The position numbers and the translations under genes are program-made. The notes beneath the pieces were generated by a model that worked only from the letters and a program-made list of their open reading frames with translations, made no database searches and had not been told where the DNA came from. Positions 13,501 to 27,700 of a DNA stretch of 64,000 nt are shown piece by piece; the stretch's first letter is position 1, and each line of letters begins with the position of its first letter. The stretch is from Bispira polyomma. Lineage: Eukaryota. The stretch is from the NCBI GenBank assembly GCA_965649765.1, contig OZ287758.1:56544001-56608000 (forward strand), in the 5' to 3' direction.

Positions 13501-16500
13501 TACTCCCCTCTATAACCTTCCTTATAACACTGTATAACATACTGTATGTGTGTCAGTACTCCCCTCATTAACCTCCCTTATAACACTGTATAAGATACTG
13601 TATGTGTGTCAGTACTCCCCTCTATAACCTTCCTTATAACACTGTATAACATACTGTATGTGTGTCAGTACTCCCCTCATTAACCTCCCTTATAACACTA
13701 TAACATACTGTATGTGTGTCAGTACTCCCCTCTTTAACCTCCTTTATAACACTGTATGACATACTGTATGTGTGTCAGTACTCCCCTCTTTAACCTCCTT
13801 TATAACACTGTATGACATACTGTATGTGTGTCAGTACTCCCCTCATTAACCTCCTTTATAACATACTGTATGTGTGTCAGTACTCCCCTCTATAACCTTT
13901 CTTATAACACTGTATGACATACTGTATGTGTGTCAGTACTCCCCTCATTAACCTTTCTTATAACACTGTATAACTACTGTATGTGTGTCAGTACTCCCCT
14001 CATTAACCTCCCTTATAACACTGTATAACATACTATATGTGTGTCAGTACTCCCCTCATTAACCTCCCTTATAACACTGTATAACATACTGTATGTGTGT
14101 CAGTACTCCCCTCATCAACCTTTCTTATAACACTGTATAACATACTGTATGTGTGTCAGTACTCCCCTCATTAACCTTGCTTATAACACTGTATAACATA
14201 CTGTATGTGTGTCAGTACTCCCCTCATTAACCTTGCTTATAACACTGTATGACATACTGTATGTGTGTCAGTACTCCCCTCATTAACCTCCCTTATAACA
14301 CTGTATAACATACTGTATGTGTGTCAGTACTCGCCTCATCAACCTTTCTTATAACACTGTATAACATACTGTATGTGTGTCAGTACTCCCCTCTTTAACC
14401 TTCCTTGTTACACTGTATAACATACTGTATGTGTGTCAGTACTCCCCTCATTAACCTCCTTTATAACACTGTATAACATACTATATGTGTGTCAGTACTC
14501 CCCTCTATAACCTTCCTTATAACACTGTATAACATACTGTATGTGTGTCAGTACTCCCCTCTTTAACCTCCTTTATAACACTGTATGACATACTGTATGT
14601 GTGTCAGTACTCCCCTCATTAACCTCCTTTATAACATACTGTATGTGTGTCAGTACTCCCCTCTATAACCTTTCTTATAACACTGTATGACATACTGTAT
14701 GTGTGTCAGTACTCCCCTCATTAACCTCCCTTATAACACTGTATAACATACTATATGTGTGTCAGTACTCCCCTCATTAACCTCCCTTATAACACTGTAT
14801 AACATACTGTATGTGTGTCAGTACTCCCCTCATCAACCTTTCTTATAACACTGTATAACATACTGTATGTGTGTCAGTACTCCCCTCATTAACCTTGCTT
14901 ATAACACTGTATAACATACTGTATGTGTGTCAGTACTCCCCTCATTAACCTTTCTTATAACACTGTATAACATACTGTATGTGTGTCAGTACTCCCCTCA
15001 TTAACCTTGCTTATAACACTGTATAACACACTGTATGTGTGTCAGTACTCCCCTCATTAACCTTCCTTATAACACTGTATGACATACTGTATGTGTGTCA
15101 GTACTCCCCTCATTAACCTCCCTTATAACACTGTATAACATACTGTATGTGTGTCAGTTCTACCCTCATTAACCTCCTTTATAACACTGTATAACATACT
15201 GTATGTGTGTCAGTACTCCCCTCATTAACCTCCCTTATAACACTGTATGACATACTGTATGTGTGTCAGTACTCCCCTCATTAACCTCCCTTATAACACT
15301 GTATAACATACTGTATGTGTGTCAGTACTCCCCTCATCAACCTTTCTTATAACACTGTATAACATACTGTATGTGTGTCAGTACTCCCCTCTTTAACCTT
15401 CCTTGTTACACTGTATAACATACTGTATGTGTGTCAGTACTCCCCTCATTAACCTCCTTTATAACACTGTATAACATACTATATGTGTGTCAGTACTCCC
15501 CTCTATAACCTTCCTTATAACACTGTATAACATACTGTATGTGTGTCAGTACTCCCCTCATTAACCTCCCTTATAACACTGTATAAGATACTGTATGTGT
15601 GTCAGTACTCCCCTCTATAACCTTCCTTATAACACTGTATAACATACTGTATGTGTGTCAGTACTCCCCTCATTAACCTCCCTTATAACACTGTATAACA
15701 TACTGTATGTGTGTCAGTACTCCCCTCTTTAACCTCCTTTATAACACTGTATGACATACTGTATGTGTGTCAGTACTCCCCTCTTTAACCTCCTTTATAA
15801 CACTGTATGACATACTGTATGTGTGTCAGTACTCCCCTCATTAACCTCCTTTATAACATACTGTATGTGTGTCAGTACTCCCCTCTATAACCTTTCTTAT
15901 AACACTGTATGACATACTGTATGTGTGTCAGTACTCCCCTCATTAACCTTTCTTATAACACTGTATAACTACTGTATGTGTGTCAGTACTCCCCTCATTA
16001 ACCTCCCTTATAACACTGTATAACATACTATATGTGTGTCAGTACTCCCCTCATTAACCTCCCTTATAACACTGTATAACATACTGTATGTGTGTCAGTA
16101 CTCCCCTCATCAACCTTTCTTATAACACTGTATAACATACTGTATGTGTGTCAGTACTCCCCTCATTAACCTTGCTTATAACACTGTATAACATACTGTA
16201 TGTGTGTCAGTACTCCCCTCATTAACCTTGCTTATAACACTGTATGACATACTGTATGTGTGTCAGTACTCCCCTCATTAACCTCCCTTATAACACTGTA
16301 TAACATACTGTATGTGTGTCAGTACTCGCCTCATCAACCTTTCTTATAACACTGTATAACATACTGTATGTGTGTCAGTACTCCCCTCTTTAACCTTCCT
16401 TGTTACACTGTATAACATACTGTATGTGTGTCAGTACTCCCCTCATTAACCTCCTTTATAACACTGTATAACATACTATATGTGTGTCAGTACTCCCCTC

Positions 16501-19500
16501 TATAACCTTCCTTATAACACTGTATAACATACTGTATGTGTGTCAGTACTCCCCTCTTTAACCTCCTTTATAACACTGTATGACATACTGTATGTGTGTC
16601 AGTACTCCCCTCATTAACCTCCTTTATAACATACTGTATGTGTGTCAGTACTCCCCTCTATAACCTTTCTTATAACACTGTATGACATACTGTATGTGTG
16701 TCAGTACTCCCCTCATTAACCTTTCTTATAACACTGTATAACATACTGTATGTGTGTCAGTACTCCCCTCATTAACCTCCCTTATAACACTGTATAACAT
16801 ACTGTATGTGTGTCAGTACTCCCCTCATCAACCTTTCTTATAACACTGTATAACATACTGTATGTGTGTCAGTACTCCCCTCATTAACCTTGCTTATAAC
16901 ACTGTATAACATACTGTATGTGTGTCAGTACTCCCCTCATTAACCTTTCTTATAACACTGTATAACATACTGTATGTGTGTCAGTACTCCCCTCATTAAC
17001 CTTGCTTATAACACTGTATAACACACTGTATGTGTGTCAGTACTCCCCTCATTAACCTTCCTTATAACACTGTATGACATACTGTATGTGTGTCAGTACT
17101 CCCCTCATTAACCTCCCTTATAACACTGTATAACATACTGTATGTGTGTCAGTTCTACCCTCATTAACCTCCTTTATAACACTGTATAACATACTGTATG
17201 TGTGTCAGTACTCCCCTCATTAACCTCCCTTATAACACTGTATGACATACTGTATGTGTGTCAGTACTCCCCTCATTAACCTCCCTTATAACACTGTTTA
17301 ACACTGTACACTTTCAGACTGGGGGCGGAGTAGAGCAACAGATTCCTGTATCCATCATTGAAAAGAACAAAGGGGTTTATGAAGTCTCTGAGAACACAGA
17401 AGTTGACCCCAACAAGGATGGGCAGAGTATCCAGGTCATCCAGAATGGTTTAGAGGAGGACAAGTACAGGTAAGGAGAGCTTAAGATATGGGGGGGGGGG
17501 GGTATACCTGTATATAGGGGTACAGCAAGAACGGACAGAATATTCTATGATACAGAATGTACAGTTGAGAAGAGTATTGGGTGGAATATAGGTTGTGGGG
17601 GGGGGGGGGGGGTGGTCTCCAAATATGTGGAAGGGTTTAGTCCAGAGCAAGTTACTCTATGTCATGTTGTATAGGCATAAGTTCTAGTCAGTTTTCAAGG
17701 TGCTTTTAAATGGGAGAGTATGTCTGGTATTTGATATAGAATCCTATAGAATCTGATTCATTACATCTTGTGTGTAGAGATATGTTGACACTTGTTAGAT
17801 CACCTACAACAGAAACAGGCCAAAGAAAACTGATGTTTGTAGAATGAGATCCTTGAATGGGGACAGGGATTCTTTTCACACTATGATTAGACGTGTCTAT
17901 AAGGAGAGAATGTGTCCAGAATCTACAGTGCGTCGTCAATAGAACCTTAGCCAGAGATTGGCCAAACATTGACAAGAGTCTAAAGAACTGAATGAATATT
18001 GACAGGCCTTGATGGCTGCACAAGTATTTACTGTTTGGTAGTGATTTCAATGCAGCCTTCTTGTATGATAGAGTCGTGTTGTAGATCAGTGTGGTGGGTA
18101 TTCAGAGATTACTGAGACGTAGGGACGTGTTTCACTGCCCACAGCTACTTGTTTTAACTTGTTACATTATATATTGTGGCCATAAATGGTGTTGTAAGCC
18201 TGAAGTAAAACAGAACTTTCAGGATGTAGGATTGAACATCCAGGTTAAATTACCCCACTTTATCACCAGAAAACAATTCTCTGTATCATAAGTCAAATAT
18301 AGTGCCATTTAGAACTCATATTCAGGCTCCAACAAAAATGTTCCAGGTTTCTATTTCTGTTAGTCGATATTGAAATAATAGGGCCTTTGATCTCGATCTC
18401 CTGCTTCGGAAATCCTAACTATAACTTAACAGAACCAATAAACTGCAGTTCTTATTTTGGGTCAAATTTTACTGGAAATCAGTGAACCTTTGTATATTTA
18501 GGGAATTCTCAGTGGGAACAGTAGGATATCTACAGTACTGTCTAGAACAGGGTAAAACAAATCAGAGGTAACAGTAGGATATCTACAGTACTGTCTAGAA
18601 CAGGGTATTACAAATCAGAGGTAACAGTGGGATACCTACAGTACTGTCTAGAACAGGGTAATACAAATCAGAGGTAACAGTAGGATATCTACAGTACTGT
18701 CTAGAACAGGGTAAAACAAATCAGAGGTAACAGTAGGATATCTACAGTACTGTCTAGAACAGGGTAATACAAATCAGAGGTTAAACATAATAAAGTGATG
18801 TGTATAAAAAAAAACTGGCTGCTGCAATATGGTGCGCTGTACAATAAGGTGTGCTGTATAATAAGGTGTGCTGTACAATATGGTGTGCTGTACAATATGG
18901 TGCGCTGTACAATAAGGTGTGCTGTACAATAAGGTGTGCTGTATAATAAGGGTTGATTTGACAAGAAATAGCCATCATTTCAAGGAAATTGAAGAAATAG
19001 AACCAAAATCTGTACCAAACTTTTCCCATTTCTCTCAATAATTGTATGTATATATCAAAGTACATACAGAAGGCCAAAAAGACCAGTTTGATAAAGATAT
19101 TTTTCTATAAGACATGTTGACAGTTTGCTTGTTGAGTAAAACCACAAGAAATATGTCCTATCCTACACTATTTTGATTTTTATTTCTGTTTAGCACTTCA
19201 AATCTTCAATAATGTTTTTATTTCTAACAGGTGATCTGAAATTTAGGATCCATGTGATTGACAGAAACAACAGATATTGGTCTCCAACTAAATATTTATT
19301 AGTATATTTTTTTTTGTTTTTGTGTCGCATCTTGTACTCAATAGACCTTCTTTGGAAATGTATCATTAAATGTTCAGAAAACTTTTTTGTGGCTAAAACA
19401 TTGACAAAAGACCTCCAAGAATATAGACCCATATTGGGGTACACTGTAGAAGTCGCAAGTCTTGCTTGTCTTTCTCGGGTCGATCTCTTTCTGACACTGG

Positions 19501-22500
19501 TTGATGATTTATGCTTTCCGTTGTACATTTCAATAAGTGCCTTTTGACCTTGGCTTCAGAGTCAGAATGAAGCGCAATTTGTTCCATATGTTTCCTTAAG
19601 TCTGAGGTAATCACAGTAATGAGTAGTTTTCTGTCCCAATTAACTCCTAAGTAATAATAGTCTTGGTCCCGGGTAACAGTCTTTAAGAGTTGGGCCACAG
19701 TCAGCAAAAACCTCCATAGACAGTTTAATTCATGCATGACCGTGCTTAAAATGACTTTGGAAGAGTTGTCCTCTAAGAATGACCTTAGGTAGCCATAGGA
19801 AAGGGATCTCCTCAAACTGATCATAACCTGGATGTGATTATCATGTCACAAATTCAAATGTTAATATTCATGAAGCTGTTAAAATGGAAATGATTTAGGG
19901 TCGGTATTCACAAAAGGGATAAGCAAAGACTCCTCTTTGTCTTAAATCTACCATACTTTTGTGTTGGAGGGCAATGTCTAGACTTAGACCTGTGCAGCCT
20001 TTAGTATCCAAAGATGAGGAGGAAGAGGAACAGTGCAGCCTTTAATATCCAAAGATGAGGGGGGAGAGGAACAGTGCAGCCTTTAATATCCAAAGATGAG
20101 GGGGAAGAGGAACCGGTTTGGATAGTAGAAGGTTTATGAAACACAAGTGACATTTTAATACAAAACAACCGGAAAAGATCATTTTGGGAGAAAAGGAGTA
20201 TATTCTGATTTCAGAAGTTCTGATAATTATAACTTCTAAGGTTATGCCTCAGTTGGAACTCTGTGTATAATTATACCCCAAAATATGGCGCTATGTTTAG
20301 ACAGATACAAATCAACCTGTTCAAACTTAGCGTTTTATTCACGTATCTTATACAAAAGAATATACCTTTCCCCTTCGATTATGAAAAAAAAGTAGTATGA
20401 TTTAAAACAAGCGGTTAGTAATAGGAAATGTCAAGCGGCACCAACGCCGCCATATATACACATTGTGTACATCTTGCGGTATAGAGTCTTCTTTTGATAG
20501 AAGTGTCATTGAATGGAGCAGGGAAGATTAACGATTTCAACCCTATTCTGAAAGATATAAACTATAAGTGACTTCATTGTCAGTTTTGTGATATAAAGGA
20601 AGAAAAAAAAGAAGAGGTGTCATTTGAAGAGTTTGCCGCCAGAAGGATGTATAGAGGTGTATAGATGTGCAGTAAAGATGTGTCCTTTTAGACAGGCCAT
20701 ATATTTGGGGGGACACTAAAAGAAGGTCTTTTTTCAATGAGGAGAGTTTTATGTTTGTTTGAAAGGAGTAGAAACATAATAAATGATTGCTTCTGTGTTA
20801 AAGAGATTCAGAGGCGGAACAGTTATAATGTGTAGAGATCTGACTGGGTTTTGTACACATGGTAATAAAGCATTAACACATAATATGTGTGTAAAAACTC
20901 TAGTATATCAGTACAGAGAGTATGTGTCTGTACAGGGGGAGCTGGTGTGTGTCTGTACAGGGGGAGCCGGTGTGTATGTAGAGACATGTGATGTTTTGTC
21001 AGAGAGCTAGATTTATGGAAGTGCCTTTACTGGGGAAAACAAACGTATGTTTGTAGATTAGAAGGTTAGAGATAAGAGGGGTGGGGGACCTACGTGTACA
21101 CCCACTACTATAGACCAGTACGCACCACAATGTTATACAATGGGAGAAGGCAAGGAAAGCTTGTAAGTTAGGTGTTTGTATGAACTAAGGGGACAATCTA
21201 GGGGTGGCACTGACCCACCGGGAAATACACTGACATACATTGGCTTGTTAATAATCTGTTACAGAGAGAAGTTTGTGTGTACAAACAGTATGAAATCCTA
21301 GCAGAGCCTGTATATTGTGAAGGCAGTTGTGGAGACTAGTGTGTGTGTTTAGAGATGTAACCAGTGATAAGATATCACAGACCTTGTTCTATATGTATAC
21401 ACTGGGTGTGTGTATTATACTGTGTATTACATTGTGTAATGGTGAGAGAAGCCAGACTTCCATAGGGATATAAAGTTATAGAATTAGAGAGTCCTTGGAT
21501 CATACACAGGATAAGTAGGACACAAACTGGATCAGTAGGACACAAACTGGATCAGTAGGACAGGGGATCACTTGTAAGAAGATGCAGTGTGGCATGACTA
21601 TAAATAGGACGCACACTGAATCAGGACAACAAACTGTAACATCACCTAAGAACTTACTGTGTGACATGGCTATAAATAGGACGCATACTGGATCAGTGTA
21701 ACAAACTGTAATATCACCTTTACCACACTATGTGACATGGCTATAAATAGTATAAATAGGACACATACTGGATCACTGTAACATCACCTATACCACACTG
21801 TGTGACATGGCTATAACTACCTGTTTGTGTAGTCTAATTTGACATTCCAGACAAAACTCCCGCCCATTATTGTAGCCAGAGATCTGACTATGTATGATAC
21901 TTTACTACTACAAGAAACCAGTGAAGACTTTGAGAACAAGGAGGCCCAACTCCTTCAATGGATTTACACCATACGGAAGGAGGGGTGGGTATGGGGGGGG
22001 GATTTACATCATACGGAAGGAGGAGTGGGTATGAGGGGGGATTTACACCATACGGAAGGAGGGGTGGGTATGGGGGGGGGATTTACATCATACGGAAGGA
22101 GGGGTGGGTATGAGGGGGGATTTACACCATACGGAAGGAGGGGTGGGTTTGAGGTGGGATTTACACAATCAGAAGGAGGGGTAGGTATGGAGGGGGGATT
22201 TACACCATACGGAAGGAGGGGTAGGTATGAGGGGGGATTTACACCACATGAAAGGAAGAGTAGGTTATGAGGGGGGATTTACACCACACGGAAGGAGGGG
22301 TAGGTATGAGGGGGGATTTACACCACACGGAAGGAGGGGTAGGTATGGGGGGGGATTTACACCACACGGAAGGAGGGGTAGGTATGGGGGGGGATTTAGA
22401 CCATACGAAAGGAGGGGTAGGTATGGGGGGGGATTTACACCACACGGAAGGAGGGGTAGGTATGGGGGGGGGGGGGGGAGCTGAAAAGTGTGTATTAGTT

Positions 22501-24741
22501 CTGGGGACAGTACTTTTACAGTAGGATTTTAAAGAATACTTTAGTACTTACTAAACAAATAAAGTAATCAATTAGTCAGAGTACTAATTTCACAGTACTC
22601 TTTCCTTGTTTACTAGTCAAGTACAGTGTATTAATTTATGTTCATCAGTGGACTAGTATTTTGCTATGACTTTACTATCAGATTACAATCACTATTACAA
22701 ACCACCTGTTACAGCAGATAACATATTAATTGACCCATTTACCAGGAAACTCATCAGTAGCAAGCATCGCTACCTCCAACAACCTGCAACGTGATCAGGC
22801 TTTTAAGTTTTCAATTATCTGTACTTAAAGGAGACAAAGGCCTGACTGTATACAGTAGTATACTGCTATTATGTAGTTGTCAGCGCCAATACACACCCCT
22901 TACTCTGAGAAAACCTAAGTTTTAATAATTCTCAAGAGACAGTCTGTCAATCGATTGCTAGTAATCTACTGCTATGTATTAAAACCTGTATATAAATACC
23001 AGCCACGGTCTTTATATAGAAGTGGAATATTATTTAGCCATTAGTCTAGGAAATGAAAGTGTAGTCTTTCTATTAAGGTGGCCTCTCTCTACATGTGGTC
23101 TCTTGAGCAGGTTTTAGTGCAGTTTAGTACTCCCAATAGTTGAGTTAATTTTGTTGGTTCACTCAACAGTCAGAGTAGATTAGGGAGTAACTACTGGTGT
23201 CGCTATACCTCTATAAATATATGATATGTACACCTCTCTGTACTGTAGTACTAAGTAACACTCTCTGTCTATACCTCTCTGTACTGTAGAGCCCCCGGCA
23301 GTCGTCAGAACTCCCCCACAGAAGGTCAGATTGCGGCGGGTCAGCCCGCAGAGCCCCAGTTACAGCAGCGCCCTGAGGAAGTGATTACACACCAACAGCT
23401 CCACCTGGAGGCGCCTCAGTTTGAACCACAGCTAGGAATAGACCCCTTCCAAGTGGACTACTCAACACAGCTCAGCATGCAGTCCATGGACTCGCCCAAC
23501 TTTAATGTGGATTACTTACAGGTGAGTAGATGTATACAGGTGTACTGGACATGTGTATACAGGTGTACTAGACAGATAAGGTGTATACAGGTGTACTGGA
23601 GAAGTAATGTGGATTACTTACAGGTGAGGTGTATAAAGCGGTACTAGACAGGTAATATATCTACAGGTGTTTTCCAGGTGTATTACAGACAGACAGGTAA
23701 TATATCTACAGGTGTATTCCAGTTGTATTACAGACAGACAGGTAATATATCTACAGGTGTATTCCAGGTATATACAGGTGTATTACTCACTAGTGAACGG
23801 ACTCTTCGACCAACGTCTAAGCACTTGTTTGTTGTAAGAAGCCATAGCCGTCTATTTGTTAGATAAATACATACAAGACAGTAAGTGAGCTGAGTAAGTG
23901 ACCTGAGTAAGGTTATCCTGTGTACTGAGCTCAGTAAGGTTATCCTGTGTCTATGTACTGAGCTTAGTAAGGTTATCCTATGTCTGTGTACTGAGATCAG
24001 TAAGGTTATCCTGTGTCTGTGTACTGAGATCAGTAAGGTTATCCTGTGTACTGAGATCAGTAAGGTTATCCTGTGTACTGAGCTCAATAAGGTTAACCCA
24101 TGTCTGTGTACTGAGCTTAGTAAGGTTATCCTGTGTACTGAGCTTACTAAGGTTAACCTGTGTACTGAGCTCAGTAAGGTTAACCTGTGTACTGAGCTCA
24201 GTAAGATTATCCTGTGTACTGAGCTCCGTAAGGTTATCCTGTGTACTGAGATCAGTAAGGTTATCCTGTGTACTGAGCTCAGTAAGGTTGTCCTGTGTAC
24301 TGAGCTCAGTAAGGTTATCCTGTGTACTGAGATCAGTAAGGTTATCCTGTGTACTGAGCTCAGTAAGGTTATCCTGTGTACTGAGCTCAGTAAGGTTATC
24401 CTGTGTACTGAGCTTAGTAAGGTTATCCTGTGTACTGAGCTTAGTAAGGTTATCCTGTGTACTGAGCTCCGTAAGGTTATCCTGTGTACCGAGATCAGTA
24501 AGGTTATCCTGTGTACTGAGCTCAGTAAGGTTATCCTGTGTACTGAGATCAGTAAGGTTATCCTGTGTACTGAGCTCAGTAAGGTTATCCTGTGTACTGA
24601 GCTCAGTAAGGTTATCCTGTGTACTGAGATCAGTAAGGTTAACCTGTGTCTGTGTACTGAGCTCAGTAAGGTTAACACGTGTGTCTGTACCTATAAACAT
24701 CCTGATGTCTGTGATTTTATGTCAAACTGTCTGTTCCAGCT

Positions 24742-24774
<33 letters not shown>

Positions 24775-27700
24775 GCAGCGTCCAGTGACGTTTTTGACCC
24801 AGCAGCAGTACTTGGCAGCTCAGCAACAGCAGCAACAGCAACAGGCACAGCAGTTAGGTGGGTTTTACACTGTGTGTGTTATATCTGTGATATCTAAGAA
24901 CTTAACAGTTCCAACAGTTAGGTGGGTGGAAGCATGCTGTCAAACTGTGTAATTAGGTGGTGTTGGATACGGGTGTATATGTGTGTCTGGTTGGGCGAAG
25001 TATTTAGTAATTGAACAGCAGTAAGCAGTGTGTAAGCAGTGTGGGAAGTGGTGCAAAAGTCTGGTAGAATTAGATGGTGTAATCTGTGTTGTAAACCAGT
25101 GTTGTAAATCAGTGTAAAACTCTGGTGTAAACTAGTGTATCCGTTTTGTAAAGTTGTGTATCTGTGTCGTGTAATGTAAACCAGTGTAAATCTATAATGT
25201 AAACCAGTGTAAATCTATGGTGTAAACTAGTGTATCTGTGTTTTGTAAAGTTGTGTATGTGTGATGTAAACCAGTGTAAATCTATGTTGTAAAGTCATGT
25301 ATGTTTGTTGTAAATCCTAGACATTGTAGTATGTCCTAAAGTACTTAGTATATAGCTGACATGGGTTTGTTCCAGTCAGAAAATTGAGGACCAAATTTGT
25401 CATATGCTAGAATACGGTCCTAGAATTATGTAAGCTGGAGTAAGTGTGGTGATATATGGACAGTTTACTCTGTTAGAATACGATCGTAGAATGATGTAAG
25501 CTGGAGTGAGTGTGGTGATGTATGGACAGTTTACTCGGCACTTAAACAAAAGGAGATTACAATACATGTAGGTGTGTGAGTGTATCTGAAAGGTTTGTCC
25601 TAGGGTCTCTATACTCCAAAGCAACTCTGCTCACATGAAGTGAACTATGTGTGGACATCCTTGTACACCGAATAAACTATACTTGTGGCCATTCACTTTA
25701 GTCGAGCTTTTAATGCTGAATTCAAATCTGCAGTCAGATTGTACTTAGCGTCACCCTAACATCACCCTAATGTCACCCTAACATCACCTTAGCCATATGG
25801 GACTCAGGAGTTGAGTTTGAGTTGACCTTGAGATCTTTCGAGAATACGGCCCCAGGTTTTTGGAGAATTCACTCAATGTGACACTTAGCTAATGTGGGCA
25901 ATGGGTTTTTTTGTTTACATCTTGTTGTTCTATGATATTTACATAAACAAACTCACCAAGACTACGAGTCGTATCTCCATGTACCAATGCAGTAGAACCT
26001 CAATTATTTAAGACTACGAGTCGTGTCTCCATGTTCCAATACAGTAGAACCTCAATTATTTAAGATTATGAGTCGTGTCTCCATGTACCAATACAGTAGA
26101 ACCTCTATTCTAACATGAAGCGGCTGTGTCAGCAATTCTGATTGGCCGACAATCTCGGTAAAATAACCGTATACCTGTAGACGGAAATAGACGAATTTCC
26201 TCTGTAACTTACTAAATGCCCAGTGAATATAGTTCCTTTAATAACGCAATTATCCGGGTAAAAAAAAGCTGGAATCAGGTAATAATTTTTTAATTTGTCA
26301 TGTTAGACTCTTGGAGACGTAAAAACACTCAGGCTTCGCCTTCGTGTTACTACGCCTCCAATCGTGGTAAAAATTACCGTATACCGAGCTTTGTCATTGG
26401 TTATTCCTATATTATCCAAATAAATTGATAGATTTTGTTCTGGTGTAACTCTGTGTTCTGATAATAGAAGGTTTCTAAACTAGAACTTATTTTAGTATAA
26501 CACAAAAGAGAAACAGAAATGTGGGAGAATGAAAATAGGTTCATAAAATCTAATATTGAGATAATGCAAGTTTGGATAATAGAGGTTTTACTGCACTTGG
26601 CATGAAACTGTGCAGACTTGGAACCTCTTGTTCATTGAGTTTGTTTAGAAATGGTCTTGAAGTCTGTGAGTTTGTTTAGAGTTGGTCTTTAAGTCTGTGA
26701 GTTTGTTTAGAGATGGCCTTTAAGTCTGTTTGTGTTTAAGACTCTGCTGCTAACTGGTCAATGCATGTCATTACTTAGTGTTGTATGGAAATAGCTCTGG
26801 ATGTAGATCACTTGCTCTGCTATCAGGTGACAATAATTAAATCAGGTGACCAACTAGTTAAATCAGGTGACCAACTAGTTAAATCAGGTGACCAACTAGT
26901 TTTAATCAGGTGACAACTAGTTAAATCAAGTGACAACTAGTTAAATCAGGTGACAACTACTTAAATCAGGTGACCAACTAGTCCAAGGTGCACAGGCTTT
27001 CAATGTCCAGTCCAACCTTCTCAGTGCTGGGGAGTTTTAGGGGGTTATTGGAAAGTGATGTTATTTCAACCTTGAAGCAATGACCTCTGCATCGTTTCAA
27101 GGTCAGACTCTTTGTTTATGTCCCAGTCCATGTCACTTTATACTTGGAGATAATGTTATTGGGAAGTACACGCTGACTTAGTGGTATATAGGTCCATGGT
27201 TATGTGCACACAGATATCTGTAAGTCTGTCACTAGAGGGAATAGTTGGGACTCTTACTGGGGGTTATAGGCGTTGTACTGTAAGTTTGTCACAATAAGGA
27301 ATAGTTGGAACCCTTACTGGGGCCCTCTGCGGGTTATATGTGCTGCACCACCTATTGGGGCACAAAATGGGAACTCTAAAGTAGTGCCTTCCTGCAGTCC
27401 TATCATTGGTTATGTAGACTATTCCTGCAGTTGTAGTATCTTCTAGTTAATGAGTATCCTACATTTGTATACACAGGGCTCTAGGCTATCAGGCCACCAA
27501 GTTAGTTAGTGTCCTATACTTAATGAATATCCTATATTAATATACACAGAGGCTCTAGGCAATCAGGTCAGGTTAGTTGGTATCATCTTGTTAATGAGTA
27601 TCCTATATTTGTACACAGGGGCTCTAGACAATCAGGCTAGGTTAGTTAGTATCCTATAGTTAATGAGTATCCTATAGTTGTACACAGGGGCTCTAGGCAA

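Noticed and set aside
10961-17310. CRISPR-like regular array
   Set aside because: Units are contiguous near-identical 56-mers with no unique spacers and no cas genes, in a eukaryotic intron. It is a minisatellite.
22227-22524. RGG-like protein ORF
   Set aside because: Translation of the G-rich repeat; frames shift with G-run length.
24731-24739. LFQ codons just before exon 24740, resembling PUM1 'LFQ'
   Set aside because: No upstream AG puts them in the exon; treated as the acceptor tract.
23728-24788. Long repetitive ORFs on both strands
   Set aside because: Artefacts of a tandem repeat whose unit length is a multiple of 3. The same applies to ORFs at 31546-32079, 39810-40394, 40474-41166, 41614-42140 and 42221-42628.
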